Origin: Escherichia coli
GTDB taxonomy: Bacteria > Pseudomonadota > Gammaproteobacteria > Enterobacterales > Enterobacteriaceae
Strand: one strand, 5' to 3'
DNA: 64,000 nucleotides
Assembly: GCF_003334305.1 (NCBI RefSeq)
Contig: NZ_QOWS01000015.1
Shown here piece after piece: positions 1 through 12,474 of this stretch. Numbering within the stretch: position 1 is the stretch's first letter; each line of letters starts with the position of its first letter. The translations under genes were made by a program, and so were the position numbers. The notes under the pieces were generated by a model, which worked only from the letters and a program-made list of their open reading frames with translations, searched no databases and was not told the DNA's origin.

Positions 1-261
1 AGTCGTACCGGCAAACATGTTATTGCTCATGCCGATTATCCAGATGATGTTTATGAATGGCAAAAGGACGTTGATTTGCATCAGGTCTTGTGGAGCCGCT
101 CGCGATTAGGTGAACGCCAAAAAGGGCAGGGAATTACAGGTGCTGATCATTTCTGGTTTGGTCATACACCGTTGCGACATCGCGTGGATATTGGCAACCT
201 GCATTATATTGATACCGGTGCTGTCTTTGGGGGCGAACTGACTCTTGTGCAATTGCAATAA
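1..261 (+). CDS. pphA: Serine/threonine protein phosphatase 1, C-terminal part (5' end lies outside window)
   Basis: Frame-1 translation from position 1 is continuous into ORF 76..261; sequence and K-12 synteny (next to yebW/yebV) recognised from memory. Confidence 0.8.
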   Translation, partial: SRTGKHVIAHADYPDDVYEWQKDVDLHQVLWSRSRLGERQKGQGITGADHFWFGHTPLRHRVDIGNLHYIDTGAVFGGELTLVQLQ

Positions 262-453
262 TTAAAAATCACCATACTCCTGTGCTGGTCGCCAGAAACC
301 ATCTATAAAATCCTCAATCGGAAAACAACCGCCATGGCGGATCCGTTGATCGCTCATAGAATAAAGACACTGCTGTTCCGTGTTGTAGACATCCACAACA
401 ATATCTTCACAACCGCCATCCAGGTAGCAAACAAAAAGTACCAGCGCGAACAT
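262..453 (-). CDS. yebW: Small uncharacterized protein YebW (63 aa)
   Basis: ORF 262..537 trimmed to internal Met giving the 63-aa K-12 length; synteny. Confidence 0.65.
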   Translation of the reverse strand: MFALVLFVCYLDGGCEDIVVDVYNTEQQCLYSMSDQRIRHGGCFPIEDFIDGFWRPAQEYGDF

Positions 454-557
454 TTCATCCCCGAAGTGTGGTGCCGTACCGTTAAGTTTAGGAGAGATTT
501 TACAACGGGGGAATAACCAGGACAAATAACCCGCCATGCCGACGGGTTCTTTTTGGA

Positions 558-794
558 TCAGGCAAGACGCATAATCCAGGCATCAGATTGTTGATCGTAA
601 CGGGTACGGTAAAGGACAGAGTGTTCGCCATTTAGCAGGGCAGGGATACTGGTTTCAGCATCCCAGGCATCCAGTTGCATACATAAATCGGGGTCAGATT
701 TACAAGGAATGATTAACGTTCGATCACCTGGCGATTCACCGTGTAATTCGCCGTCGTCGATTTCAAAAGCGCCTATGCGCACACTGGTTTTCAT
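558..794 (-). CDS. yebV: Uncharacterized protein YebV (78 aa)
   Basis: ORF 558..809 trimmed to MKTSVRIGAF start; synteny. Confidence 0.7.
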   Translation of the reverse strand: MKTSVRIGAFEIDDGELHGESPGDRTLIIPCKSDPDLCMQLDAWDAETSIPALLNGEHSVLYRTRYDQQSDAWIMRLA

Positions 795-911
795 CTTCGT
801 GCTCTCCATTTAGCTGCCGATTGTGGTACGACCAGTCCGATCGCACCATTTTTCAGCCTAGTTGAGGCAGCCGAATGTGCCAGTCAAAAAGTGCGCTTTT
901 TTTGTGCGCTG

Positions 912-2351
912 TCAGGCGTTACCGGTAAAAAGTTTCCCATCGCGCACCAGTTCACGCGGATAGCTGTTTTTCAATCGCGAACCAATCCGTTTGGCTAAAC
1001 CAATCGGTTGATGCTGGAAAGTAACCAATACATCATCCGCCACTGGCGCGGCTTGCGGGTAAACATCGCGCCCGCGATACCACTCCTCCGCTTCCTGCGG
1101 TGTCAGCTCGAATGCATTCATATTATCGGGTGAGGCAAGAGCAATAACCGCTTCATGCTGCCAGCGATAACCTTTGTTGTGCGTCTCGGCAAGTTTAATC
1201 CCCAACCGAGAAAATCGGACTTTACCGATCAGGGCTTCAATGCCCACCGGGAACAACCACAGTTCTTTGTCACGCTGCCAGAGGCGCAGGTTTTCATCCC
1301 AGTTTAAGCCAACACCTGCAGCCGCCTGACGAATTTGTCCAGCTTCGCGATCTTTCACCGGGCTGAACGGGAAATTGCCCACTTTGTATTTGGGGGCGGG
1401 TAAGGCGGGAATCGCCTGAGTTTTACGCAGACGAGCAACGAAGAAGCCTTCGCAGTCGTAAATTTGTGGGAAAACATGCAAAAAGCCTTCTTCGGTCAGC
1501 GCTTTGTTTGCACCAGGGAAGAGATCGCCAAGTGGTAAAAACTCTACTGCGTCGGGGTAAGTCTCTTTCAGCCACAGGCAAACGGCTTCGTTTTCTTCCT
1601 GGTTTAAGGTACAGGTCGAGTAAACCAGCGTACCACCAGGACGTAATGCATGAAAGGCGCTGTCGATAAGCTCCCGTTGTGTAGCTGCGATTTCCTGATT
1701 GCTTTCTGGTGACCAGTTTTTTAGCGCATCGGGATCTTTACGCACCACGCCTTCGCCAGAGCAGGGAGCGTCCAGCAAAATGGCATCGAACATTTCTGGC
1801 ACTGCCGCACCAAACACGCGGCCATCAAAATGTGTGAGCGCAACATTACTGATGCCACAGCGGCTGATATTGGCATGTAACACTTTTACCCGACTGGCGG
1901 AAAACTCATTGGCAAGGATTGCCCCTTCGTTATTCATCCGCGCGGCAATTTGCGTCGTTTTGGAGCCTGGCGCAGCTGCGACATCCATCACCCGCTGTGG
2001 TGCATTATCGTCAGCAAACAAGGCGGCAACGGGCAACATTGAACTGGCTTCCTGAATATAAAACAGGCCGCTTAAATGCTCGGCGGTACTACCCAATGGC
2101 AATGCATCTTCATTGTCGCGTTCAATCCAGAAACCTTCTTCACACCACGGAATTGGCGTAAGCGTCCAGCCATAAGGAGCGGTTAATTGCAGGAAATCAG
2201 CAACGGAGATTTTCAGCGTATTAACGCGAATGCTGCGGCGCAACGGGCGCTGACAGGCGGCAAGAAAATCATCAAATGAGAGCGTCGAAGGCATCGCTTC
2301 GCGCATTTGTGTCAGAAAGGCGTCCGGGAAATAAACGGTGTGTTGGGCCAC
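912..2351 (-). CDS. rsmF: 16S rRNA m5C1407 methyltransferase
   Basis: 481-aa ORF with RsmB/NOP-family SAM-methyltransferase core; probable GTG start giving 479 aa; synteny. Confidence 0.9.
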   Translation of the reverse strand: MAQHTVYFPDAFLTQMREAMPSTLSFDDFLAACQRPLRRSIRVNTLKISVADFLQLTAPYGWTLTPIPWCEEGFWIERDNEDALPLGSTAEHLSGLFYIQEASSMLPVAALFADDNAPQRVMDVAAAPGSKTTQIAARMNNEGAILANEFSASRVKVLHANISRCGISNVALTHFDGRVFGAAVPEMFDAILLDAPCSGEGVVRKDPDALKNWSPESNQEIAATQRELIDSAFHALRPGGTLVYSTCTLNQEENEAVCLWLKETYPDAVEFLPLGDLFPGANKALTEEGFLHVFPQIYDCEGFFVARLRKTQAIPALPAPKYKVGNFPFSPVKDREAGQIRQAAAGVGLNWDENLRLWQRDKELWLFPVGIEALIGKVRFSRLGIKLAETHNKGYRWQHEAVIALASPDNMNAFELTPQEAEEWYRGRDVYPQAAPVADDVLVTFQHQPIGLAKRIGSRLKNSYPRELVRDGKLFTGNA

Positions 2352-2430
2352 GAGCATGTACCACTGGCAAAAAAACAGGCGCGCAGTTTAGCATAAACGC
2401 TCCGGCGCAGGCACGCCGGAGCAGTGGGCA

Positions 2431-5064
2431 TTATTTGGGAAGCGCAGTTCCCCATTCACGCCACTCTTTCGGTTCACTTTCCTGCAACAGGAAGTGTTTG
2501 CCTTCCTGGGCTTTCGGTGCCAGTGGCGTACCCGGAGGCGTGGCGAAGGCGATGCCGCCACGGATAAACTGGTTAAAGGTGCCGGTTTTCACTACGCCGC
2601 CCGTCAGACCAAAGTCCAGACTGTAACCCGATGCCAACCAGAAGACGGAATTGTTACGCACCAGGTGTTGATAGCGTTTACTGATGCGCATCGCAATCAT
2701 CACGCGATCTGACAATGTCCCCAGCGTCATTCCTGTAACCGTACCGACTTCCAGACCACGGAACAGCACAGGCGTACCAATACCTAACGAACCGGCTTCC
2801 GGCGCTTCAACAATAATGCTTAAGCCATCCAGGTAACGCGAATCAGTAATGGTGGCCTCTTGTAATTCAAAGTCGCGGCGAGGATTGCCCCGGCCTGGTT
2901 CGACGTTGATATACGGCTGGAGGATAGTATCTAGATGCTCAACGCCCGCGGCTGAAATTTGCGGTGTGACCACCGAGAAGCGCGTACCGCCGCGGGCGAA
3001 GGTCTGGACATACTCCGGATAGAGCACCGCCTTTGCCTGTACTTCATTGCGCGCGGTAATCAGATCCAGCGTCTGGATTTGCCCGATATCAATACCGAGA
3101 TAGCGAATTGGCATCCCGACCGCCAGTTTTCCGGCATCGAAAGCGTGAAGCGTAATCTGCCCACCAACCGCACGGGCCGCTGTTTCGGAAGCATACAGAA
3201 TTCGTTTGTCGCCTTTACGCTGACTGGCGCTGGCACCGCTGAGGTTATCGAAGCTAATGGCTCCCTTTAATGCTCTGGAGAGCGGGGATGCCTGTACGGT
3301 CAGGCCACTACCATTCAGCTGAACTTTCGCCCCGCCTTCTGCCCAGAACACGCTATTGCTGGTCAGAAGGTTGCGATACTCCGGCTTAATATGCAGATCG
3401 ATATCAAACGCGTTAGCTCGCGGACGGACGGTAATAACTTCACCAACTTCAAATTTACGGTACAGCACTACCGATCCTGCCTGCACATCCGGCAGCGTCT
3501 CTGCACTCAAACTCACGGTTGTGGTGGGTAAATCGCTAAGGCTGTTCTCCAGCGCTTTTTCCAGATTGGCATACAGTGGATAGCTGGCTTTCATCTCGCC
3601 TTTATCGCCCGGCAGAATACGTATCCCGCCGTTAATCCATTCTGAGGCGCTGGCACCGAGAAACTCAACGCCATCCAGCCCCACCTTCACGTCGACACGG
3701 CTGTTGACGACAAATTTGCTATCGCCTTTTACCAGTTCTCGATGCTGAGGCTCGATGGCGACGGTAAAGGTGACGCCTTTGCTGGTGAGTTTACGATCGA
3801 TAACCTGGCCTACCTGCACGCCGTGAAGAATGAGCGGCTGACCAGCATCAATACCGTAACTTTCCGGCGCGGTCAGGGTCAGCGTCAGAACATCAGGTTC
3901 ATGCAGCAGTGCTTTTTCGCCTGGCACAACAACGAACTCTTTGCGTGGCTCGCCATCGCCGGGTACCAACTCGAAGGTTTTGCCAGTCAGCAGGGCGCTG
4001 AGATTGGCATCGCTAAGGGATAATTTCGGATTACGTAATTCGATGCGGGTATTTTCACGAAGCAGGGTAACGACGCTGGGATCAACTGTCATTTCCCCAG
4101 TGACTTTACCACCAGGATTTAAATCCAGTTTAGTTAGCTGTCCGACTTCCAGCCCCTGATACATTAACGGCGTCGAGTCGGCGGTCAATCCGGCCCCACT
4201 CGGCAGTTCCAGTTTTATTATTACGCCACGCTGGCTGTGGGCCAGATCTTCATACAGACCAAAGGTATCTTCCGCCTCGGCAGGTTTCGACTCTTCAGGT
4301 GAATCGAAGGCAATCGCACCGTTAACCAGTGCCGCCAGACTTTCCAGTTTCACCTTCGCGCCACTGACACTGACGTTGGCATCAACGCCGGAAACGTTCC
4401 AGAAACGGCTACCTTTTTTCACCAGATCGGTAAAACGCCGCTCGATCAGGACATCAATCACCACGCCTTGCTTGTTGGGATTGATGGCATAGTCGTAGAC
4501 TTTTCCCACCGGGATCTTGCGGAAATAGACCAATGAACCGCTGTTCAGCGAACCGAGATCGGGAGCTTGCAGGTGGATCATCAGATCGCCGTTATCCAGC
4601 CGATACTTCGGTTGGGTATCGAGTGCGACAAAGTGATCCTGCTCTTTACCTTTACCCGGCATCATGCCGATATAGTTCCCACCGACGAGGGCGTCCAGCC
4701 CGGAGACACCTGCCAACGATGCTTTTGGCGTCACCAGCCAGAATTGAGTCTCTTCGCGCAGCGCATCTTTCATATCGGACTTGATGCTGACCTTGACTTC
4801 AATCTTACGAAGATCGTCGCTGAGGCTGATATCCTGCACTGTTCCGACTTCAACGCCCTGATAACGAACAGGCGTACGGCCCGGGACAATACCATCCGCC
4901 GACATAAAGTCGATGGTGACGGTATTACCCCGGTCCTGATAACTGTCCCAAATCAGCCAACCGGCAATCATTAGCGCGATGAACGGCAGCAGCCAGAAAG
5001 GTGAGATACGGCGTTTATTTTTAATCTGCGCTTCAGTCGTCGAAGCGGGCGTTTCCTGACTCAT
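2431..5064 (-). CDS. letB: Lipophilic envelope-spanning tunnel protein, multi-MCE-domain (YebT)
   Basis: 891-aa ORF trimmed to MSQETPAST start (877 aa); repeated MCE/MlaD-like segments; overlaps letA 3' end. Confidence 0.9.
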   Translation of the reverse strand: MSQETPASTTEAQIKNKRRISPFWLLPFIALMIAGWLIWDSYQDRGNTVTIDFMSADGIVPGRTPVRYQGVEVGTVQDISLSDDLRKIEVKVSIKSDMKDALREETQFWLVTPKASLAGVSGLDALVGGNYIGMMPGKGKEQDHFVALDTQPKYRLDNGDLMIHLQAPDLGSLNSGSLVYFRKIPVGKVYDYAINPNKQGVVIDVLIERRFTDLVKKGSRFWNVSGVDANVSVSGAKVKLESLAALVNGAIAFDSPEESKPAEAEDTFGLYEDLAHSQRGVIIKLELPSGAGLTADSTPLMYQGLEVGQLTKLDLNPGGKVTGEMTVDPSVVTLLRENTRIELRNPKLSLSDANLSALLTGKTFELVPGDGEPRKEFVVVPGEKALLHEPDVLTLTLTAPESYGIDAGQPLILHGVQVGQVIDRKLTSKGVTFTVAIEPQHRELVKGDSKFVVNSRVDVKVGLDGVEFLGASASEWINGGIRILPGDKGEMKASYPLYANLEKALENSLSDLPTTTVSLSAETLPDVQAGSVVLYRKFEVGEVITVRPRANAFDIDLHIKPEYRNLLTSNSVFWAEGGAKVQLNGSGLTVQASPLSRALKGAISFDNLSGASASQRKGDKRILYASETAARAVGGQITLHAFDAGKLAVGMPIRYLGIDIGQIQTLDLITARNEVQAKAVLYPEYVQTFARGGTRFSVVTPQISAAGVEHLDTILQPYINVEPGRGNPRRDFELQEATITDSRYLDGLSIIVEAPEAGSLGIGTPVLFRGLEVGTVTGMTLGTLSDRVMIAMRISKRYQHLVRNNSVFWLASGYSLDFGLTGGVVKTGTFNQFIRGGIAFATPPGTPLAPKAQEGKHFLLQESEPKEWREWGTALPK

Positions 5065-6316
5065 GTGCATCCCAAAGTAAGCGGCTGTCCAGCCATTCCA
5101 CAGCAAGAATAGTCAAAATTACCGCTGCGCCGAAATAAAACGCAGCCGGTCCCATAGTAAAAGCGAGGATCTGATCGCGATTAATCAGCGACATGGTTAA
5201 AGATATGACAAACAGGTCGAGCATCGACCAGCGACCAATCCAGGTCACCATCCGCAGTAACAGAATGCGTGTGCGTAAACCTTGCTGGCATTTAAAATGA
5301 ATGCTCAACAGTAAAGTGAACATGACGATCACTTTAGTAAACGGTACCAGAATACTGGCGATAAACACGATTCCCGCAACCGCAATGTTGCTACTTGCCA
5401 GCGACATAATTCCGGAAAGAATTGTATCTTCCTGCCGTCCTCCGTTCAGATAAATGATAGAAATAGGCAACAGGTTGGCAGGTAACAACAAAACGATTGA
5501 CGCTAACAGCGCCGCCCAGCATTTTTGCAAACTATGACGGCGACGCAGGCGTAGCGGGATATGGCAACGCGGGCAGCGACCACGCTGATCAGGATAGCCG
5601 GTAAAATGGCACCCAAGACAGACACGAAGTTTCTCGTCCCTACGCGTAGCGGGGCGCTGCGGATAAAATCGCTCCCACAGCTCCTCGACATTAAGATGTG
5701 ACAACGTCACCGTCGTTAAAATCACCAACGCCACAAAAGAGAACAAGCCGACACCCGCCTGGATATGGGCATAATCCTGTACCTTTATAGAAGCAACGCC
5801 AATGCCGACCAGGTAGATATCCAGCATTACCCACTCTTTAAGTCGCTCAAGCATCAGCAGTACCGGACGTAAATTCATTCCCAGTCGGTTACCAAACCAT
5901 AAATATGCTATGGAGGACACCAGAATGAGGGGGGCACCAATAACGCAGAAAAAGACCATCGCCCCCGTTATCGTATCGCCCTGTTTGGTCATTTGCCAGA
6001 TGCCTTGCATGACGTTGGCGTCGATACGAATACCTAACAGCCAGATATGCAACAGCGGTTCGCCCCAGGCAAACGGCATCAGCAACAGCATGGTGAAAGC
6101 CATTGCCGCCAGGCGCGTTAGCGACCAGTCGCGCCCGTCGCGAATTTTTGCCTGACAGCGCGGACAATAGGCACTCTGATGAGAATTTATCTCGGGCAGG
6201 CTAAACAGCATGTCACATTGCGGGCAACGTTGGTAATCACCACGCGGCAGTTCCTCGCCGATTGCCCTCACTGTTATCTTTTTTGTCGGCGTAATTTGTG
6301 GTGTGTTAAGAGCCAT
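5033..6316 (-). CDS. letA: Inner-membrane paraquat-inducible-A family protein (YebS)
   Basis: 427-aa ORF, Cys-pair motifs and hydrophobic segments; 32-bp overlap with letB. Confidence 0.9.
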   Translation of the reverse strand: MALNTPQITPTKKITVRAIGEELPRGDYQRCPQCDMLFSLPEINSHQSAYCPRCQAKIRDGRDWSLTRLAAMAFTMLLLMPFAWGEPLLHIWLLGIRIDANVMQGIWQMTKQGDTITGAMVFFCVIGAPLILVSSIAYLWFGNRLGMNLRPVLLMLERLKEWVMLDIYLVGIGVASIKVQDYAHIQAGVGLFSFVALVILTTVTLSHLNVEELWERFYPQRPATRRDEKLRVCLGCHFTGYPDQRGRCPRCHIPLRLRRRHSLQKCWAALLASIVLLLPANLLPISIIYLNGGRQEDTILSGIMSLASSNIAVAGIVFIASILVPFTKVIVMFTLLLSIHFKCQQGLRTRILLLRMVTWIGRWSMLDLFVISLTMSLINRDQILAFTMGPAAFYFGAAVILTILAVEWLDSRLLWDAHESGNARFDD

Positions 6317-6445
6317 GACGTGCCAAATGTAATAAGAATTAACATTAATATTAACCCATGATTGGAATGATCTTGAGCATTAACGCATTTAATGCTTATT
6401 TTAATAGGCTGGCAGTTCCAGGTAAGACAACCAAGTGATTATATA

Positions 6446-6943
6446 ATGAACAAAACAGAATTTTACGCGGATTTAAATCGCGACTTTAACGCGCTGATGG
6501 CGGGAGAAACCAGTTTTCTGGCAACGCTTGCGAACACCAGTGCGTTGTTATACGAGCGTCTCACTGACGTAAACTGGGCAGGTTTTTATTTGCTTGAGGA
6601 CGATACACTGGTACTAGGACCATTTCAGGGCAAAATTGCCTGTGTCCGGATACCCGTCGGGCGCGGGGTGTGCGGCACTGCGGTTGCCCGCAATCAAGTG
6701 CAGCGTATCGAGGATGTTCACGCGTTTGACGGGCATATTGCCTGTGATGCGGCGAGTAATTCTGAAATTGTTCTGCCGCTGGTGGTGAAAAATCAGATTA
6801 TTGGTGTTCTTGACATCGATAGTACCGTCTTCGGTCGCTTTACAGACGAGGACGAGCAAGGCTTACGTCAGCTTGTGGCACAGCTTGAAAAAGTGCTTGC
6901 AACGACGGATTACAAAAAATTCTTTGCGAGCGTCGCAGGATAA
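6446..6943 (+). CDS. msrC: Free methionine-(R)-sulfoxide reductase, GAF domain (YebR)
   Basis: ORF 6392..6943 trimmed to MNKTEFYADL start (165 aa); synteny. Confidence 0.8.
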   Translation: MNKTEFYADLNRDFNALMAGETSFLATLANTSALLYERLTDVNWAGFYLLEDDTLVLGPFQGKIACVRIPVGRGVCGTAVARNQVQRIEDVHAFDGHIACDAASNSEIVLPLVVKNQIIGVLDIDSTVFGRFTDEDEQGLRQLVAQLEKVLATTDYKKFFASVAG

Positions 6944-7039
6944 TCAACGGATAACGTAGCATTTACTGGTAGCGTCATTATAATGACGCCTGTTCATGCC
7001 TGCGCTTGTTGGCTACGTCCGTTGTAATCAGGAAATTTC

Positions 7040-7738
7040 ATGGAAAATCAACCTAAGTTGAATAGCAGTAAAGAAGTAATCGCGTTTCTGGCCGAACGTT
7101 TTCCCCACTGTTTCAGTGCGGAAGGTGAAGCGCGTCCGCTGAAAATCGGTATTTTTCAGGATTTGGTCGATCGTGTTGCCGGGGAAATGAACCTGAGCAA
7201 AACGCAATTACGATCCGCTTTACGTCTCTACACTTCGAGCTGGCGTTATCTTTACGGTGTTAAACCCGGCGCAACGCGTGTCGATCTTGACGGCAACCCA
7301 TGCGGTGAGCTGGACGAGCAACATGTAGAGCATGCTCGCAAGCAGCTTGAAGAAGCGAAAGCGCGTGTTCAGGCACAGCGTGCTGAACAGCAAGCGAAAA
7401 AACGCGAAGCTGCCGCAGCTGCTGGTGAGAAAGAAGACGCACCGCGCCGCGAACGCAAGCCACGTCCGACCACGCCACGCCGCAAAGAAGGCGCTGAACG
7501 TAAACCTCGTGCGCAAAAGCCGGTAGAGAAAGCGCCAAAAACAGTAAAAGCACCTCGCGAAGAACAGCACACCCCGGTTTCTGACATTTCAGCTCTGACT
7601 GTCGGACAAGCCCTGAAGGTGAAAGCGGGTCAAAACGCGATGGATGCCACCGTATTAGAAATCACCAAAGACGGCGTCCGCGTCCAGCTGAATTCGGGTA
7701 TGTCTTTGATTGTGCGCGCAGAACACCTGGTGTTCTGA
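7040..7738 (+). CDS. proQ: RNA chaperone ProQ
   Basis: 232-aa ORF with Lys/Arg/Ala-rich linker between FinO-like N domain and C-terminal domain; synteny with prc. Confidence 0.9.
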
Positions 7739-7757
7739 AACGGAGGCCGGGCCAGGC

Positions 7758-9806
7758 ATGAACATGTTTTTTAGGCTTACCGCGTTAGCTGGCCTGCTTG
7801 CAATAGCAGGCCAGACCTTCGCTGTAGAAGATATCACGCGTGCTGATCAAATTCCGGTATTAAAGGAAGAGACGCAGCATGCGACGGTAAGTGAGCGCGT
7901 AACGTCGCGCTTCACCCGTTCTCATTATCGCCAGTTCGACCTCGATCAGGCATTTTCGGCCAAAATCTTTGACCGCTACCTGAATCTGCTCGATTACAGC
8001 CACAACGTGCTGCTGGCAAGCGATGTTGAACAGTTCGCGAAAAAGAAAACCGAGTTAGGCGATGAACTGCGTTCAGGCAAACTCGACGTTTTCTACGATC
8101 TCTACAATCTGGCGCAAAAGCGCCGTTTTGAGCGTTACCAGTACGCTTTGTCGGTACTGGAAAAGCCGATGGATTTCACCGGCAACGACACTTATAACCT
8201 TGACCGCAGCAAAGCGCCCTGGCCGAAAAACGAGGCTGAGTTGAACGCGCTGTGGGACAGTAAAGTCAAATTCGACGAGTTAAGCCTGAAGCTGGCAGGA
8301 AAAACGGATAAAGAAATTCGTGAAACCCTGACACGCCGCTACAAATTTGCCATTCGTCGTCTGGCGCAAACCAACAGCGAAGATGTTTTCTCGCTGGCAA
8401 TGACGGCGTTTGCGCGTGAAATCGACCCGCATACCAACTATCTTTCCCCGCGTAATACCGAACAGTTCAACACTGAAATGAGCTTGTCGCTGGAAGGTAT
8501 TGGCGCAGTGCTGCAAATGGATGATGACTACACCGTTATCAATTCGATGGTGGCAGGTGGTCCGGCAGCGAAGAGTAAAGCTATCAGCGTTGGTGACAAA
8601 ATTGTCGGTGTTGGTCAAACAGGCAAGCCGATGGTTGACGTGATTGGCTGGCGTCTTGATGATGTGGTTGCCTTAATTAAAGGGCCGAAGGGCAGTAAAG
8701 TTCGTCTGGAAATTTTACCTGCTGGTAAAGGGACCAAGACCCGCACTGTAACATTGACCCGTGAACGTATTCGTCTCGAAGACCGCGCGGTTAAAATGTC
8801 GGTGAAGACCGTCGGTAAAGAGAAAGTCGGCGTGCTGGATATTCCGGGCTTCTATGTGGGTTTGACAGACGATGTCAAAGTTCAACTGCAGAAACTGGAA
8901 AAACAGAATGTCAGCAGTGTGATCATCGACCTGCGTAGCAATGGCGGTGGGGCGCTGACCGAAGCGGTATCGCTCTCAGGTCTGTTTATTCCTGCGGGTC
9001 CCATTGTTCAGGTCCGCGATAACAACGGCAAGGTTCGTGAAGACAGCGATACCGACGGGCAGGTGTTCTATAAAGGCCCGCTGGTGGTACTGGTTGACCG
9101 TTTCAGTGCTTCGGCTTCAGAAATCTTTGCCGCGGCAATGCAGGATTACGGTCGTGCGCTGGTTGTGGGTGAACCGACGTTTGGTAAAGGCACCGTTCAG
9201 CAATACCGTTCATTGAACCGTATTTACGATCAGATGTTACGTCCTGAATGGCCAGCGCTGGGTTCTGTGCAGTACACGATCCAGAAATTCTATCGCGTTA
9301 ACGGCGGCAGTACGCAACGTAAAGGCGTAACGCCAGACATCATCATGCCGACGGGTAATGAAGAAACGGAAACGGGTGAGAAATTCGAAGATAACGCGCT
9401 GCCGTGGGATAGCATTGATGCCGCGACTTATGTGAAATCAGGCGATTTAACGGCCTTTGGGCCGGAGCTGCTGAAGGAACATAATGCGCGTATCGCGAAA
9501 GATCCTGAGTTCCAGAACATCATGAAGGATATCGCGCGCTTCAACGCTATGAAGGACAAGCGCAATATCGTTTCTCTGAACTACGCTGTGCGTGAGAAAG
9601 AGAATAATGAAGATGATGCGACGCGTCTGGCGCGTTTGAACGAACGCTTTAAACGCGAAGGTAAACCGGAGTTGAAGAAGCTGGATGATCTACCTAAAGA
9701 TTACCAGGAGCCGGATCCTTATCTGGATGAGACGGTGAATATCGCACTCGATCTGGCGAAGCTTGAAAAAGCCAGACCCGCGGAACAACCCGCTCCCGTC
9801 AAGTAA
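7758..9806 (+). CDS. prc: Tail-specific periplasmic protease
   Basis: ORF 7710..9806 trimmed to signal-peptide start MNMFFRLTALAGLLAIAGQTFA (682 aa). Confidence 0.9.
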   Translation: MNMFFRLTALAGLLAIAGQTFAVEDITRADQIPVLKEETQHATVSERVTSRFTRSHYRQFDLDQAFSAKIFDRYLNLLDYSHNVLLASDVEQFAKKKTELGDELRSGKLDVFYDLYNLAQKRRFERYQYALSVLEKPMDFTGNDTYNLDRSKAPWPKNEAELNALWDSKVKFDELSLKLAGKTDKEIRETLTRRYKFAIRRLAQTNSEDVFSLAMTAFAREIDPHTNYLSPRNTEQFNTEMSLSLEGIGAVLQMDDDYTVINSMVAGGPAAKSKAISVGDKIVGVGQTGKPMVDVIGWRLDDVVALIKGPKGSKVRLEILPAGKGTKTRTVTLTRERIRLEDRAVKMSVKTVGKEKVGVLDIPGFYVGLTDDVKVQLQKLEKQNVSSVIIDLRSNGGGALTEAVSLSGLFIPAGPIVQVRDNNGKVREDSDTDGQVFYKGPLVVLVDRFSASASEIFAAAMQDYGRALVVGEPTFGKGTVQQYRSLNRIYDQMLRPEWPALGSVQYTIQKFYRVNGGSTQRKGVTPDIIMPTGNEETETGEKFEDNALPWDSIDAATYVKSGDLTAFGPELLKEHNARIAKDPEFQNIMKDIARFNAMKDKRNIVSLNYAVREKENNEDDATRLARLNERFKREGKPELKKLDDLPKDYQEPDPYLDETVNIALDLAKLEKARPAEQPAPVK

Positions 9807-9997
9807 TATCAATCAGGCACAAGAAATTGTGCCTGATTTTTTAACAGCGGCAAGATGCCGTAAATCAGATGCTACAAAATGTAAAGTTGTGTCTTTCTGG
9901 TGACTTACGCACTATCCAGACTTGAAAATAGTCGCGTAACCCATACGATGTGGGTATCGCATATTGCGTTTTGTTAAACTGAGGTAAAAAGAAAATT

Positions 9998-10879
9998 ATG
10001 ATGCGAATCGCGCTCTTCCTGCTAACGAACCTGGCCGTAATGGTCGTTTTCGGGCTGGTACTGAGCCTGACAGGGATACAGTCGAGCAGCGTTCAGGGGC
10101 TAATGATCATGGCCTTGCTGTTCGGTTTTGGTGGTTCCTTCGTTTCGCTTCTGATGTCCAAATGGATGGCATTACGATCTGTTGGCGGGGAAGTGATCGA
10201 GCAACCGCGTAACGAAAGGGAACGTTGGCTGGTTAATACTGTAGCAACCCAGGCTCGTCAGGCAGGGATCGCTATGCCGCAAGTGGCTATCTACCATGCG
10301 CCGGACATCAACGCTTTTGCAACCGGTGCGCGCCGTGATGCCTCTCTGGTTGCTGTCAGCACCGGTTTGCTGCAGAACATGAGCCCGGATGAAGCCGAGG
10401 CGGTAATTGCTCACGAAATCAGCCACATCGCCAATGGTGATATGGTCACCATGACGCTGATTCAGGGCGTGGTGAACACCTTCGTTATCTTTATTTCCCG
10501 TATTCTGGCGCAGCTTGCCGCGGGTTTTATGGGCGGAAATCGTGATGAAGGTGAAGAGAGCAACGGCAACCCGCTGATCTACTTTGCGGTTGCAACGGTT
10601 CTGGAACTGGTGTTTGGTATTCTGGCGAGCATTATCACCATGTGGTTCTCGCGTCATCGTGAATTCCATGCTGATGCCGGTTCGGCAAAACTGGTTGGTC
10701 GCGAGAAAATGATTGCCGCGCTGCAGCGCCTGAAAACCAGCTATGAACCGCAAGAAGCAACCAGCATGATGGCTTTCTGCATTAACGGTAAGTCGAAATC
10801 GCTCAGTGAGTTGTTCATGACTCACCCGCCGCTGGATAAACGAATTGAAGCTCTGCGTACGGGTGAATACCTGAAGTAA
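9998..10879 (+). CDS. htpX: Membrane zinc metalloprotease HtpX
   Basis: 293-aa ORF with HEISH zinc-binding motif and transmembrane segments. Confidence 0.9.
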
Positions 10880-10894
10880 TATGAAGTAAATACT

Positions 10895-10928
10895 AAAAAG
10901 CGCGTCCTGATCGACGCGCTTTTTTTAT
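10895..10928. terminator. Bidirectional intrinsic terminator between convergent htpX and yebQ
   Basis: GC-rich stem AAGCGCGTC/GACGCGCTT flanked by A-run upstream and T-run downstream. Confidence 0.7.
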
Positions 10929-12298
10929 GCCCTGGATCGTGGCTGAGTGATACGTAAACCACTGACACAGGCAGCAATCACTGCCAGAATAGCCGCAGCC
11001 ATCAGCGAAACGTGCGTACCATTATCACCGAACTGATTTAGCATCAGCGCCACCAGTGCCGCGCCGCTACTCTGACCCAGTAGACGAGCCGTTCCTAACA
11101 TGCCACTGGCTCCACCGCTACGTTCGCGAGGAGCGGAGGTAATAATGGTGTGGTTATTGGGTGACTGGAACAAGCCAAATCCAGCGCCACATAAGATCAT
11201 CGGCCAGATAATATTGATATCCGTAGGTGACGCGGGCAGCAGAACCAGGGAAAAAAGCCCCGCAGCCATGATGAACAACCCTAGAGCACCCAGCAATCCT
11301 GCATGTACGCGTTCAATCAAATAGCCTGCCAACGGAGCCATCACCATCGTTGCTAACGGCCACGGTGTCAGAAGTAAACCTGTTTCGACTTCACTACGCC
11401 CGAGCACGGTTTGCAGGTAAAAGGGCAGGGAAACCATTGCCAGCATTTGTGCGCAGAAAGAGCAAACAGATGTGCAAATAGAAAGTGAAAACAGCGGGAT
11501 ACGCAGTAAATCCACCGGTAGCAGCGGTACGGGAAGAGAAAGCTGGCGGCGAATAAAGAAAATACCAACAACAACCATTACCACCAGTTCCGCAGCAATT
11601 AACGTCAGCGATTGCCCCTGAGCGAAACCACTCAACGCAGTGATAAGCAGGCCGAAGGTTAACGCGTTCATCACGGCGCTGGGCAGGTCGAAACGGGGTT
11701 TACTGGCGCGAGAACCATTGGGTGGCAGAAAACGCATCGCCAGAAGCAGGGCGATAATACCTAACGGTACGTTGATTAAAAATAACCATTTCCAGGATGC
11801 GATGGAGAGGATTGCTGCAGCAATTGTCGGCCCGGCAGCAGAAGAAACGGCAACAATAAACGAGTTTATGCCCATCCCTCTCCCCAGAAAACGTTGTGGA
11901 TAGATCAGGCGGATAAGTGCGGTATTAACGCTCATCAACGCTGCACCGCCGAAACCTTGTATGACACGCGCAAGGGTGAGCATTTGCAGCGAATCAGAAA
12001 GGGCGCAGAACAGTGAAGACAACAGAAAAACGACCAGACCGCATTTATAAATACGTCGATAGCCAAACATATCGCCCAGAAACGAAAACGAGAGCAGGGA
12101 GATGACAATGGCGATTTGATAGGCGTTCACTACCCAGATGGAACTGGCTGGCGTGGCATGAAGGTCCGTGGCGATTGTTGGCAGGGCGACGTTGGCGATT
12201 GCGCCGTCAAGGACAGCCATCGAAATACCAATCACAATGGTTAATATCGCACCGTATCGCTGGGGCAATGGCAGGCCGTCGGCCTGAACTTTTGGCAT
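10925..12298 (-). CDS. yebQ: MFS-family efflux transporter YebQ
   Basis: ORF 10925..12409 trimmed to MPKVQADGLP start (457 aa); multiple hydrophobic helices. Confidence 0.85.
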   Translation of the reverse strand: MPKVQADGLPLPQRYGAILTIVIGISMAVLDGAIANVALPTIATDLHATPASSIWVVNAYQIAIVISLLSFSFLGDMFGYRRIYKCGLVVFLLSSLFCALSDSLQMLTLARVIQGFGGAALMSVNTALIRLIYPQRFLGRGMGINSFIVAVSSAAGPTIAAAILSIASWKWLFLINVPLGIIALLLAMRFLPPNGSRASKPRFDLPSAVMNALTFGLLITALSGFAQGQSLTLIAAELVVMVVVGIFFIRRQLSLPVPLLPVDLLRIPLFSLSICTSVCSFCAQMLAMVSLPFYLQTVLGRSEVETGLLLTPWPLATMVMAPLAGYLIERVHAGLLGALGLFIMAAGLFSLVLLPASPTDINIIWPMILCGAGFGLFQSPNNHTIITSAPRERSGGASGMLGTARLLGQSSGAALVALMLNQFGDNGTHVSLMAAAILAVIAACVSGLRITQPRSRA

Positions 12299-12474
12299 AG
12301 GAATTTTATATCTTTGGTGAATAATCAACAGGGGTATGATTCTAGCACTGATATTCACGGTGGATGTCGCAGAATTGTAACTAACCGGCAAAAGATGGAT
12401 TGCGACCACCCTGGTGCGAAATTATAATAAAAAACAGTTCTGATTTTTATAAAACACTCGCAATGAGGTGATAA

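Noticed and set aside
2494-4974. Several 70-135-aa ORFs on the plus strand
   Set aside because: All lie inside and antisense to the 877-aa letB coding region.
10172-10825. 217-aa ORF on the minus strand
   Set aside because: Antisense to htpX, which has a clear HEISH protease motif on the other strand.
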